From Ranitomeya imitator (Eukaryota): 64,000 nt of DNA. The stretch spans positions 562,464,001 to 562,528,000 of the forward strand of contig NC_091287.1 of NCBI RefSeq assembly GCF_032444005.1. Direction: 5' to 3'. Made by a program: the position numbers and the translations under genes. Below are positions 1 through 11,686 of this stretch, in pieces; position 1 is the stretch's first letter, and the number at the start of each line of letters is the position of its first letter. The notes under the pieces were generated by a model that was not told the DNA's origin, did no database searches, and saw only the letters and a list, made by a program, of their open reading frames with translations.

Positions 1-5
1 GTCAG

Positions 6-70
6 CCAATAGAAGCTCAGGACGGTGCAGCTCAGCAGCCAATCAGTGCGCTGTAAGCCTGTACATATAA
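6..70 (+). promoter_or_regulatory. Histone H1 proximal promoter (two CCAAT boxes and TATA)
   Basis: CCAAT at 6-10 and 39-43, TATAA at 66-70, about 75 bp upstream of the H1 ATG. Confidence 0.8.
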
Positions 71-142
71 CAGGCGCCTCCAGCTCCGGCCTCAGTGTTT
101 TTATTCCTATCAGGAAATATTTTCATTTTGCTTCCGCAGCAC

Positions 143-790
143 ATGATGGCAGAGACCGCGCCAGCCGCCGCTCCCCCTCCCGCAGAACCGGCCGCCAAAT
201 CCAAGAAGCAGCCGAAGAAATCCGCCGCCAAGAAGAGCAATAAACCCTCCGGCCCCAGCGTCTCCGAGCTGATCGTGAAAGCCGTGTCCGCCTCCAAGGA
301 GCGCAGCGGGGTGTCCCTGGCCGCCCTGAAGAAGGCTCTGTCTGCCGGAGGATACGATGTAGAGAAGAATAACAGCCGCCTGAAGCTGGCCGTCCGGGGT
401 CTGGTCACCAAGGGCGCCCTCCTCCAGGTGAAGGGCAGCGGCGCCTCCGGCTCATTCAAGCTGAACAAGAAGCAGGAGACGAAGGACAAAGTGGCCAAGA
501 AGAAGTCAGCAGCTGCGGCCAAACCCAAAAAACCCGCTGCTGCCAAGAAAGCCGCCAAATCTCCGAAGAAGCCCAAGAAGGCTCCGACCGCGGCCAAGAA
601 GAGCCCGAAAAAGGCCAAGAAGCCCGCAGCAGCCGCCAAGAAAGCAGCCAAGAGCCCCAAGAAGCCGAAAGCCGCGCCCAAGCCCAAGAAGGTGACGAAG
701 AGTCCAGCTAAGAAGGCGGCCAAACCCAAAACTGCCAAGAGTCCGGCTAAGAAGGCGGCTAAAGCCAAGAAGCCCGCGGCCAAGAAATAA
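143..790 (+). CDS. H1: Replication-dependent linker histone H1 (somatic amphibian type), 215 aa from ATG143 or 214 aa from ATG146
   Basis: Globular domain ([30 protein letters not shown]...[14 protein letters not shown]), K/A/P-rich tail with SPKK motifs, intronless, followed by a histone stem-loop. The ORF-track start at 95 is a non-ATG upstream extension. Confidence 0.98.
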   Translation: MMAETAPAAAPPPAEPAAKSKKQPKKSAAKKSNKPSGPSVSELIVKAVSASKERSGVSLAALKKALSAGGYDVEKNNSRLKLAVRGLVTKGALLQVKGSGASGSFKLNKKQETKDKVAKKKSAAAAKPKKPAAAKKAAKSPKKPKKAPTAAKKSPKKAKKPAAAAKKAAKSPKKPKAAPKPKKVTKSPAKKAAKPKTAKSPAKKAAKAKKPAAKK

Positions 791-818
791 GCTGCAGCCC
801 CTGTTCTGTTACCACAAA

Positions 819-859
819 GGCTCTTTTCAGAGCCACCACCCCGTCCCCGCAGAGCTGTA
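819..859 (+). terminator. Histone 3' processing signal of H1: stem-loop 819-834 and HDE 851-859
   Basis: AAA-GGCTCT-TTTC-AGAGCC-ACCAC is the canonical SLBP stem-loop. AGAGCTGTA starts 17 nt after the stem and matches the vertebrate HDE consensus AAAGAGCTG. Confidence 0.95.
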
Positions 860-3800
860 TGATCAGTGCCACCACCTCCTCCCCGCAGAGCTGTATGATC
901 AGTGCCACCACCTCCTCCCTGCAGCGCTGTATGATCAGAGCCACCACCTCCTCCCCGCAGAGCTGTATGATCAGTGCCACCACCTCCTCCCCGCAGAGCT
1001 GTATGATCAGAGCCACCACCTCCCCGCAGAGCTGTATGATCAGAGCCACCACCTCCCCGCAGAGCTGTATGATCAGAGCCACCACCTCGTCCCCGCAGAG
1101 CTGTATGATCAGAGCCACCACCTCCTCCCCGCAGAGCTGTATGATCAGTGCCACCACCTCCTCCCCGCAGAGCTGTACCATCCGTGCCACCACCTCCTCC
1201 CCGCAGAGCTGTACGACCAGTGCCACCACCTCCCCGCAGAGCTGCATGATCAGTGCCTCCACCTCCTCCCCGCAGAGCTGTACGATCAGTGCCACCACCT
1301 CCCCGCAGAGCTGCATGATCAGTGCCACCACCTCCTCCCCGCAGAGCTGTATGATCAGTGCCTCCACCTCCTCCCCGCAGAGCTGTATGATCAGTGCCTC
1401 CACCTCCTCCCCGCAGAGCTGTATGATCAGTGCCACCACCTCCCCGCAGAGCTGTATGATCAGTGCCTCCCCGCAGAGCTGTATGATCAGAGCCACCACC
1501 TCCTTCCCGCAGAGCTGTATGATCAGTGCCTCCACCTCCTCCCCGCAGAGCTGTATGATCAGAGCCACCACCTCCTCCCCGCAGAGCTGTATGATCAGTG
1601 CCACCACCTCCTCCCCGCAGAGCTGTATGATCAGTGCCACCACCTCCTCCCCGCAGAGCTGTATGATCAGTGCCACCACCTCCCCGCAGAGCTGCATGAT
1701 CAGTGCCACCACCTCCTCCCCGCAGAGCTGTATGATCAGTGTCACCACCTCCCCGCAGAGCTGCATGATCAGTGCCTCCACCTCCTCCCCGCAGAGCTGT
1801 ATGATCAGAGCCACCACCTCCTCCCCGCAGAGCTGTATGATCAGTGCCACCACCTCCTCCCTGCAGCGCTGTATGATCAGAGCCACCACCTCCTCCCCGC
1901 AGAGCTGTATGATCAGTGCCACCACCTCCTCCCTGCAGCGCTGTATGATCAGAGCCACCACCTCCTCCCCGCAGAGCTGTATGATCAGTGCCACCACCTC
2001 CTCCCCGCAGAGCTGTATGATCAGAGCCACCACCTCCCCGCAGAGCTGTATGATCAGAGCCACCACCTCCCCGCAGAGCTGTATGATCAGAGCCACCACC
2101 TCGTCCCCGCAGAGCTGTATGATCAGAGCCACCACCTCCTCCCCGCAGAGCTGTATGATCAGTGCCACCACCTCCTCCCCGCAGAGCTGTACCATCCGTG
2201 CCACCACCTCCTCCCCGCAGAGCTGTACGACCAGTGCCACCACCTCCCCGCAGAGCTGCATGATCAGTGCCTCCACCTCCTCCCCGCAGAGCTGTACGAT
2301 CAGTGCCACCACCTCCCCGCAGAGCTGCATGATCAGTGCCACCACCTCCTCCCCGCAGAGCTGTATGATCAGTGCCTCCACCTCCTCCCCGCAGAGCTGT
2401 ATGATCAGTGCCTCCACCTCCTCCCCGCAGAGCTGTATGATCAGTGCCACCACCTCCCCGCAGAGCTGTATGATCAGTGCCTCCCCGCAGAGCTGTATGA
2501 TCAGAGCCACCACCTCCTTCCCGCAGAGCTGTATGATCAGTGCCTCCACCTCCTCCCCGCAGAGCTGTATGATCAGAGCCACCACCTCCTCCCCGCAGAG
2601 CTGTATGATCAGTGCCACCACCTCCTCCCCGCAGAGCTGTATGATCAGTGCCACCACCTCCTCCCCGCAGAGCTGTATGATCAGTGCCACCACCTCCCCG
2701 CAGAGCTGCATGATCAGTGCCACCACCTCCTCCCCGCAGAGCTGTATGATCAGTGTCACCACCTCCCCGCAGAGCTGCATGATCAGTGCCTCCACCTCCT
2801 CCCCGCAGAGCTGTATGATCAGAGCCACCACCTCCTCCCCGCAGAGCTGTATGATCAGTGCCACCACCTCCTCCCTGCAGCGCTGTATGATCAGAGCCAC
2901 CACCTCCTCCCCGCAGAGCTGTATGATCAGTGCCACCACCTCCTCCCCGCAGAGCTGTATGATCAGTGCCTCCACCTCCTCCCCGCAGAGCTGTATGATC
3001 AGTGCCTCCACCTCCTCCCCGCAGAGCTGTATGATCAGTGCCACCACCTCCTCCCCGCAGAGCTGTATGATCAGTGCCACCACCTCCTCCCTGCAGCGCT
3101 GTATGATCAGAGCCACCACCTCCTCCCCGCAGAGCTGTATGATCAGTGCCACCACCTCCTCCCCGCAGAGCTGTATGATCAGAGCCACCACCTCCCCGCA
3201 GAGCTGTATGATCAGAGCCACCACCTCCCCGCAGAGCTGTATGATCAGAGCCACCACCTCCTCCCCGCAGAGCTGTATGATCAGAGCCACCACCTCCTCC
3301 CCGCAGAGCTGTATGATCAGTGCCACCACCTCCTCCCCGCAGAGCTGTATGATCAGTGCCACCACCTCCTCCCCGCAGAGCTGTACCATCCGTGCCACCA
3401 CCTCCTCCCCGCAGAGCTGTACGACCAGTGCCACCACCTCCCCGCAGAGCTGCATGATCAGTGCCTCCACCTCCTCCCCGCAGAGCTGTACGATCAGTGC
3501 CACCACCTCCCCGCAGAGCTGCATGATCAGTGCCACCACCTCCTCCCCGCAGAGCTGTATGATCAGTGCCTCCACCTCCTCCCCGCAGAGCTGTATGATC
3601 AGTGCCTCCACCTCCTCCCCGCAGAGCTGTATGATCAGTGCCACCACCTCCCCGCAGAGCTGTATGATCAGTGCCTCCCCGCAGAGCTGTATGATCAGAG
3701 CCACCACCTCCTTCCCGCAGAGCTGTATGATCAGTGCCTCCACCTCCTCCCCGCAGAGCTGTATGATCAGAGCCACCACCTCCTCCCCGCAGAGCTGTAT

Positions 3801-4262
3801 GATCAGTGCCACCACCTCCTCCCCGCAGAGCTGTATGATCAGTGCCACCACCTCCTCCCCGCAGAGCTGTATGATCAGTGCCACCACCTCCCCGCAGAGC
3901 TGCATGATCAGTGCCACCACCTCCTCCCCGCAGAGCTGTATGATCAGTGTCACCACCTCCCCGCAGAGCTGCATGATCAGTGCCTCCACCTCCTCCCCGC
4001 AGAGCTGTATGATCAGTGCCACCACCTTCTCCACGCAGAGCTGTATGATCAGTGTCACCACCTCCCCGCAGAGCTGCATGATCAGTGCCTCCACCTCCTC
4101 CCCGCAGAGCTGCATGATCAGTGCCTCCACCTCCTCCACGCAGAGCTGTATGATCAGTGCCTCCACCTCCTCCCCGCAGAGCTGTATGATCAGTGCCACC
4201 ACCTTCTCCACGCAGAGCTGTATGATCAGTGTCACCACCTCCCCGCAGAGCTGTACGATCAG
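827..4262 (+). repeat. 36/33-bp minisatellite (about 97 units) derived from the H1 3' processing signal
   Basis: Unit TCAG(T/A)GCCACCACCTCCTCCCCGCAGAGCTGTATGA begins in the loop/3' arm of the stem-loop. It has 33-bp and 24-bp deletion variants and ends at ...ctgtacgatcag|ttttc. Confidence 0.97.
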
Positions 4263-4645
4263 TTTTCTTACTTGTAATGCTTTTAATATAACTGATGCTG
4301 GGCGCAGTTTCTGGATGGGGGGTGGGTGTGATCTGACGATATTGCGGGAGCTGCACTGTACAGCGCTATACACGGGGACATTTCAACGCAGATACATCAG
4401 ATGCTCCAGCAGCGGCAAATGAGTGATCTGAGGACAGACTCATCACGGAAGAGGAGGGGACTTCAGGGGGCGGGGTTACTGGGCGGGAATAATAACAATG
4501 ACTGGTCAAACACATCAACCCTTATTGGCCACTTTATTTCATGAAATAACCAGTGGAGCGCAAGGGGGCGTGTTTCCCAGAGACCAATGAGGACACGCAT
4601 GATGAGTATGATGTGACAGCCGCCGACCCCCTGGGACAATGACTG

Positions 4646-4722
4646 GAGTATAAGCCGAGAGGGGCACTTTCAGCCTAATAAAATGGCTGAAAATCTCAGC
4701 TTATTCTCGAGTATATAAGGTA
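4646..4722. mobile_element. Probable Tc1/mariner-superfamily (Tc2/pogo-like) MITE terminal remnant; duplicated at 13763-13839
   Basis: gagtataagccgag...ctcagcttattctcgagtatataagg|ta is an imperfect inverted repeat ending in TA. It resembles a TACCGTATATACTCGAGTATAAGCCGA-type terminus I recall from frog repeats; not verified by search. Confidence 0.45.
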
Positions 4723-5908
4723 AATGCCTCTGGCACTATGGAGGGTGATGTAGTAGGGATTATTTTTCTGTTACACTGGTTTTCAACCCTCTTGCTGCTT
4801 GTAAAGTTATTACATTAAGGCGAACAATTAAAAAAAACACCAACAAACTAATAATTTGTACTTTACAATTATGGGCACGTTCCTGTAATTTTGCATTAAA
4901 GCATGATATTTTATATATTTAAAAAAAATGCATAAAAATGTCTTTCTGGGTTGTAATTGGTACATGAGGTAACGGCATAAATGAACATATCATCATCCGG
5001 TGATTAAATGATGGAAGATCTCTTCTAATTTCACTTGCTTCTTTTGTCCTTCCAAATCTCCATTTATGGAAGTTCTTCATCAGAAAATGAACAAATGTCT
5101 ATCATTGCATTACGCTGAGGTTGGGTCGCTCTGGGGGTATCACACTCTATAGGGGGTAACTGTGGGTGCATCATATTGTGTGGGGGTGACTTAGGGCCTC
5201 ATACTGTTTTGGGAGTTACCGGGGGTTTCATACCCCCACACAGTAACTGTGGGGAGATCCTGCTGTGTGGGTATCTTACTATGTAGGAGGCATCATACTG
5301 TGTGGAGGGTAACTGGGGGCATCATCTGTTGTGGAGGGTATGATCCACCATGATCTGGAACAGTAATGACAATATTTGGGATACCCTCAGTCATAAGGGG
5401 AGGAAATTGCACATAATAGAAGCTGGAAAGATAATTGCAGAAACTGAGCAATGAGCGGGAAAATCAAACTTCCTTACAGTTTAGTATTTAGCCAATCAGC
5501 AGAGAAAGGGAGGAGCTAATGTAACCTCATGTACCAATCATAACCCAGAAAGACACATTGTTATGCAGTGTTTATATAAAATGTTATGCTTTACTGCAAA
5601 ATTACAGGAATGTGCCGTTTTTTTTTTGTTTTTTTTCTTGAATTGTTCTAATTTAATGTCAAAACTGAACTGGAAGCAAACCAAAATTTAAAAGTAATCC
5701 TTACTACATCACCCTCTATAGTGCCAGAGGCATTTGCTTTCTTATAACCAGGACTTACTTCTTCGAAATTGGGGCCTGAGTAGCTGTCGGATGGGCAGGA
5801 AGGCTTCTGGGTCCCAGTAGGGCACTGTAGGAAAAATAACAGGTTGGATCCACTACAAATTACAGCACAAAAGGCATTTCCGCAATGAGATCTGCAGCAG
5901 AAGAAAAG

Positions 5909-6591
5909 TCAGTAGCAGTCTGCATCGTGCATTCCCTCCCCCCCCCTTCCTTCCTTAAGGTGGCTTCGACGTCCTGCAGCAGTGTCCGGGGAGTCTCGTG
6001 TACATAATCGCTGTATTTTGGCAGGGAACATTTTATGTTATCCAAATCCATCTTCTTTATGACCCCAGTGGCCCATTCTGGTGGGCGCTCATGCCAGTCC
6101 CCAGCACCGTCCCCGCCTGCCATTTGCTTCTCTTTTATCGTGTGCTCCAACCAGTCTCCTCCATGCTGTTCGGAGGGATCGGTGTTCCCATTGCACAGTT
6201 TGGGCTTCACAGCGAGAAGGATTTCACAAGCCTCCACTGGCCGGTCACAGTCACACAGACAAGTCAATAAGGCCGGAAAAAGCCCGACTCATTCACATGT
6301 AACCAGAGCGTCGGAGATGGAACCTGAGCTTCTGCTAGATGGCAGCCCTATAGTGTAAGGGCACGTTAGGGATGGTCCCATCTCCAATATTTGTGACATA
6401 TAGGAATCTGCCAGGTCCAATGCGTTCACCTTCACCTCCCAATCCAAGTCACTGCACGTCCTCTCCAGAATCTGGGACAGCACGGTGTCCGAGTCTTGGA
6501 GTTTTTGCATGCGACCATTCCTTAGCCAATCAGTAAACACCTTTACCACCGCCCTCCTGGGGAAACCTTCCATTAAATGGGGCACCAGAGC
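5909..6591 (-). pseudogene. BRAT1: BRAT1 (BRCA1-associated ATM activator 1) terminal-exon pseudogene
   Basis: Translated motifs EGFPRRAVVKVFTDWLRNG, DLDWEVKVNALDLA, CPYTIGLP, VGLF, CDCDRPV and LLQDVEA, plus the terminal HDADCY-stop (TGA at 5911-5909), match the BRAT1 C-terminus as I recall it (human EGFPRRAVMQVFTEWL...DLDWEVR...CPY...DCDRPV...DEADCY-stop). Acceptor TGTCCTTCCTACAG ends at 6592. Lesions: in-frame TGA at 6291-6289, a frameshift near 6270 and a frameshift in the poly-G run near 5940. Confidence 0.85.
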
Positions 6592-6906
6592 CTGTAGGAA
6601 GGACACATGATTATTGACCTTCCATAGCATATCATCCCGCACCACACGGGAGAGAAGCTAGAGGCGGGATTATCACCACTTCTGTCTTCTCCTTTGCTAC
6701 AGCTCGAAGTATCGGCAATGCTGATGAGTATACTGTGCCCAGCGATCACTTGGCTGGATATGGAAACGTGGAGAGGAAAAACGAGGATGATGAAAGGGAT
6801 TACAGCAGCACCCCACGTGCAGATGGCGGCGCCTAGAAAATACTAGTACATCAGCCTCATTCTGGAGAGGTGCACTGCTGACATGATGGATTGATCATCT
6901 CTCCCT

Positions 6907-7296
6907 GAGAGAGAAATAAAGAGAGAAACACAAAGAGAGAGAGAGAGTGAAAGAGAGAGAATGAGAGAGAGAGAGAGAGAGAAAGGGATAAAAAAAATAG
7001 AGAGAGAAATACAAAGAGAAAGAAAGAGAGAAGTAGAGAGAGAATAAAGAGAGATATAGAAAGAGAGAAGGAAAGAGAGATAGATATAAAGTGAGAAAAA
7101 GAAAGAGAAAGCAAAGGAAAGAGAGGGAGAGAGAGAAATAGAAATGAAGAAAGAGTAAGAGTGAGAGAAAGATTTAGAGAAAGAAGAAGAGAGAAAGAAA
7201 GAGAGGAGAAAGGAGAGAGAGAGAAATAATGAAAGAGAGGAGAGAGAAATAGAGATTAAGAAAGAGGGAGAGAGAGAAAGAAGAAGAGAGGAGAGA
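6907..7296 (+). repeat. GA-rich low-complexity microsatellite tract
   Basis: About 390 bp of almost pure A/G with (GA)n and (GAAA)n runs. Confidence 0.95.
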
Positions 7297-9987
7297 CTGC
7301 TCTATATACTGTACACTCTGGTCTATAAACTGTACACACTGCTGTATATACTGTACACTCTGCTCTATATACTGTACACTCTGCTCTATATACTGTACAC
7401 ACTGCTGTATATACTGTACACTCTGCTCTATATACTGTACACTCTGCTCTATATACTGTACACTCTGCTCTATATACTGTACACACTGCTGTATATACTG
7501 TACACTCTGCTCTATATACTGTACACTCTGCTCTATATACTGTACACACTGCTGTATATACTGTACACTCTGCTGTATATACTGTACACACTGCTCTATA
7601 TACTGTACACTCTGCTCTATATACTGTACACTCTGCTCTATATACTGTACACACTGCTGTATATACTGTACACTCTGCTGTATATACTGTACACACTGCT
7701 CTATATACTGTACACTCTGCTCTATATACTGTACACTCTGCTCTATATACTGTACACACTGCTGTATATACTGTACACACTGCTCTATATACTGTACACA
7801 CTGCTCTATATACTGTACACGCTGCTGTATATACTGTACACTCTGCTCTATATACTGTACACTCTGCTCTATATACTGTACACACTGCTGTATATACTGT
7901 ACACACTGCTCTATATACTGTACACACTGCTCTATATACTGTACACGCTGCTGTATATACTGTACACACTACTCTATATACTGTACACTCTGCTCTATAT
8001 ACTGTACACACTGCTGTATATACTGTACACGGTGCTGTATATACTGTACACACTGCTCTATATACTGTACACTCTGGTATATAAACTATACTCACTGCTG
8101 TATATACTGTACACACTGCTGTATATACTGTACACACTGCTCTATATACTGTACACTCTGCTCTATATACTGTACACACTGCTGTATATACTGTACACAC
8201 TGCTCTATATACTGTACACACTGCTCTATATACTGTACACGCTGCTGTATATACTGTACACACTACTCTATATACTGTACACTCTGCTCTATATACTGTA
8301 CACACTGCTGTATATACTGTACACGCTGCTGTATATACTGTACACACTGCTCTATATACTGTACACTCTGGTATATAAACTGTACACTCTGCTGTATATA
8401 CTGTACACTCTGCTCTATATACTGTACACACTGCTGTATATACTGTACACGCTGCTGTATATACTGTACACACTGCTCTATATACTGTAGACTCTGCTGT
8501 ATATACTGTACACTCTGCTCTATATACTGTACACACTGCTGTATATACTGTACACGCTGCTGTATATACTGTACACACTGCTCTATATACTGACCACTCT
8601 GCTTTATATACTGTAAACTCTCCTCTATATACTGTGCACACTGCTGTATATACTGTACACTCTGCTCTATATACTGTACACTCTGTTGTATATACTGTAC
8701 ACTCTCCTCTATATACTGTGCACACTGCCGTATATACTGTACACTCTGCTCTATATACTGTACACTCTGCTCTATATACTGTACACTCTGCTGTATATAC
8801 TGTGCACACTGCTGTATATACTGTACACACTGCTCTATATACTGACCACTCTGCTTTATATTCTGTAAACTCTCCTCTATATACTGTGCACACTGCTGTA
8901 TATACTGTACACTCTGCTGTATATACTGTACACTCTGCTCTATATACTGTACACTCTGCTCTATATACTGTACACTCTGCTGTATATACTGTGCACACTG
9001 CTGTATATACTGTACACTCTGCTCTATATACTGTACACTCTGCTCTATATACTGTACACTCTGCTGTATATACTGTACACTCTGCTCTATATACTGTACA
9101 CTCTGCTGTATATACTGTACACTCTGCTGTATATACTGTACACACTGCTCTATATACTGCACACTCTGCTCTATATACTGTACACTCTGCTCTATATACT
9201 GTACACACTGCTGTATATACTGTACACTCTGCTGTATATACTGTACACTCTGCTCTATATACTGTACACTCTGCTGTATATACTGTACACACTGCTCTAT
9301 ATACTGTACACTCTGCTCTATATACTGTACACTCTGCTCTATATACTGTACACTCTGCTCTATATACTGTACACTCTGCTCCATATACTGTGCACACTGC
9401 TGTATATACTGTACACTCTGCTCTATATACTGTACACTCTGCTCTATATACTGTACACTCTGCTGAATATACTGTACACTCTGCTCTATATACTGTACAC
9501 TCTGCTCTATATACTGTACACTCTGCTGAATATACTGTACACTCTGCTCTATATACTGTACACTCTGCTCTATATACTGTACACTCTGCTCTATATACTG
9601 TACACTCTGCTGTATATACTGTACACTCTGCTCTATATACTGTACACTCTGCTCTATATACTGTACACTCTGCTGTATATACTGTGCACACTGCTGTATA
9701 TACTGTACACACTGCTCTATATACTGCACACTCTGCTCTATATACTGTACACTCTGCTCTATATACTGTACATTCTGCTGTATATACTGTACACACTGCT
9801 GTATATACTGTACACACTGCTGTATATACTGTACACTCTGCTCTATATACTGTACACTCTGCTCTATATACTGTACACTCTGCTCTATATACTGTACACA
9901 CTGCTGTATATACTGTACACTCTGCTGTATATACTGTACACTCTGCTCTATATACTGTACACTCTGCTGAATATACTGTACACACTG
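7297..9987 (+). repeat. 21-bp minisatellite, about 128 units
   Basis: Unit CTGCT(C/G)TATATACTGTACAC(T/A) with variants; contains the palindromic TGTACA and TATATA. Confidence 0.97.
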
Positions 9988-10761
9988 TAGACACTTATTA
10001 CAATGCTGATCTGGGCTGTGCAGATGTGATGTTGTGCACTATATACTATATACAGCTGTGTTCTCTGTGTAGACGCTGGACTTTGTGTCTCCGCTCTTCT
10101 CCCAATATTCCCCTTTTGCACAATAGTGGGGGTCACATGAATCCGTTAATATTTCAGTTGTCTCCCCGGAGATGTTCATGTGTTTGGTTGGGGAGTCGCA
10201 CGGTGCAGCTGTCGCCTTATTATCAGAGCTCTTCCCTCCATCACAGCCCGCAGCGGTCACAGCTTCACACTGGGTAAGACTCGATATCAGGCAGGTGATT
10301 GCAATCAGCCCCCGATGTGGATCATCCACTGATGTGGAACACGTGTCCCCCATACTCTGCACATACGGGGTACAGTGATATCACAGGTCAGGGAGGGGGC
10401 AGTCAGCGGAGGCCGTCGCCTGTGTTACCCTTCTGGGTTCTCAGCAGCTCCAGCTCGTCCCCACATCGTACAATCAGCTTCCTGTACGATAGACATTGGA
10501 GTAAAGATCCCTGTGATGGTGACAAGAGCCGGGGACAGGAGGAACGATCTCCCGCAGCAGATTTATCTCCCCGGTACACAGTGAGGTGCAGATCGGGAGG
10601 ACGGCGGCGATGATCCCGGGATTTCCTCTCCGCTCTTTCCCGGCATATCTGCTAGTGACGGATACAAATGGCCGGTGGAGATGTTGGAGAAGGGGAGGCG
10701 ACGGAGGAATCGCGCTCTGCTGTCCGGTGTTAGCCGGTAAAGGGCTTTTATCCCGGGCAGG

Positions 10762-10897
10762 GAAGCACAAGGGGAGAGCGGAGCTTCAACCGGAATCAGC
10801 TGGGAGGAGGCGGGGCCTGTGTCCAGTGTCAGCCAATAGAAGCTCAGGACGGTGCAGCTCAGCAGCCAATCAGTGCGCTGTAAGCCTGTACATATAA
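10762..10897 (+). promoter_or_regulatory. Histone H1 promoter copy 2 (AC-box-like, GC box, two CCAAT boxes, TATA)
   Basis: gAAGCACA near 10762 (variant of the H1 box AAACACA), GGAGGCGGGG near 10806, CCAAT at 10833 and 10866, TATAA at 10893. This is the order known for vertebrate H1 promoters. Confidence 0.75.
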
Positions 10898-10969
10898 CAG
10901 GCGCCTCCAGCTCCGGCCTCAGTGTTTTTATTCCTATCAGGAAATATTTTCATTTTGCTTCCGCAGCAC

Positions 10970-11617
10970 ATGATGGCAGAGACCGCGCCAGCCGCCGCTC
11001 CCCCTCCCGCAGAACCGGCCGCCAAATCCAAGAAGCAGCCGAAGAAATCCGCCGCCAAGAAGAGCAATAAACCCTCCGGCCCCAGCGTCTCCGAGCTGAT
11101 CGTGAAAGCCGTGTCCGCCTCCAAGGAGCGCAGCGGGGTGTCCCTGGCCGCCCTGAAGAAGGCTCTGTCTGCCGGAGGATACGATGTAGAGAAGAATAAC
11201 AGCCGCCTGAAGCTGGCCGTCCGGGGTCTGGTCACCAAGGGCGCCCTCCTCCAGGTGAAGGGCAGCGGCGCCTCCGGCTCATTCAAGCTGAACAAGAAGC
11301 AGGAGACGAAGGACAAAGTGGCCAAGAAGAAGTCAGCAGCTGCGGCCAAACCCAAAAAACCCGCTGCTGCCAAGAAAGCCGCCAAATCTCCGAAGAAGCC
11401 CAAGAAGGCTCCGACCGCGGCCAAGAAGAGCCCGAAAAAGGCCAAGAAGCCCGCAGCAGCCGCCAAGAAAGCAGCCAAGAGCCCCAAGAAGCCGAAAGCC
11501 GCGCCCAAGCCCAAGAAGGTGACGAAGAGTCCAGCTAAGAAGGCGGCCAAACCCAAAACTGCCAAGGGTCCGGCTAAGAAGGCGGCTAAAGCCAAGAAGC
11601 CCGCGGCCAAGAAATAA
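10970..11617 (+). CDS. H1: Linker histone H1, second copy
   Basis: Identical to 143-790 except AGT to GGT at 11567 (KTAKSPA to KTAKGPA). Confidence 0.98.
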   Translation: MMAETAPAAAPPPAEPAAKSKKQPKKSAAKKSNKPSGPSVSELIVKAVSASKERSGVSLAALKKALSAGGYDVEKNNSRLKLAVRGLVTKGALLQVKGSGASGSFKLNKKQETKDKVAKKKSAAAAKPKKPAAAKKAAKSPKKPKKAPTAAKKSPKKAKKPAAAAKKAAKSPKKPKAAPKPKKVTKSPAKKAAKPKTAKGPAKKAAKAKKPAAKK

Positions 11618-11645
11618 GCTGCAGCCCCTGTTCTGTTACCACAAA

Positions 11646-11686
11646 GGCTCTTTTCAGAGCCACCACCCCGTCCCCGCAGAGCTGTA
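11646..11686 (+). terminator. Histone stem-loop (11646-11661) and HDE of H1 copy 2
   Basis: GGCTCTTTTCAGAGCC-ACCAC followed by GCAGAGCTGTA. Confidence 0.95.

Larger units (their letters stand above)
1..5523 (+). repeat. Segmental duplication copy 1 (H1 promoter, H1, minisatellite, spacer, truncated H4 upstream region); matches 10828-14640
   Basis: Position 1 (gtcagccaatagaagctc) recurs at 10828 (offset 10827 through H1). After the array the offset is 9117 until identity stops at ...ggagctaatgta (5523 vs 14640). I see about 3 substitutions in the 1.26-kb spacer and 1 in the CDS. The left boundary lies outside the window. Confidence 0.95.

Noticed and set aside
759-4422. Mucin-like 1187-aa + strand ORF (MISATTSSPQSC)n and the antisense 1204/1437-aa ORFs, with equivalents at 10870-13539
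   Set aside because: Unit lengths are multiples of 3 because deletions fall in a CCA/CCT triplet tract. The ORF lies downstream of the H1 cleavage site and out of frame with H1. The antisense frame through H1 is open because of AAG/GCC codon bias.
6857-6904. Possible additional BRAT1 exon after the acceptor-like end of the TC tract (GEMINPSCQQCTSPE-stop)
   Set aside because: Only a TSPE tetrapeptide resembles BRAT1, a stop follows immediately, and there is no convincing donor.
7297-9987. Minus-strand GCAGAGTGTA in the 21-mer resembling the H1 HDE GCAGAGCTGTA (third signal-derived satellite?)
   Set aside because: No stem-loop or histone gene at either end of the array, and the match is short and gapped.
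7256-10277. ORFs CTVYRAE, QYIEQSV and YTVHSA repeats
   Set aside because: Translations of the 21-bp minisatellite.
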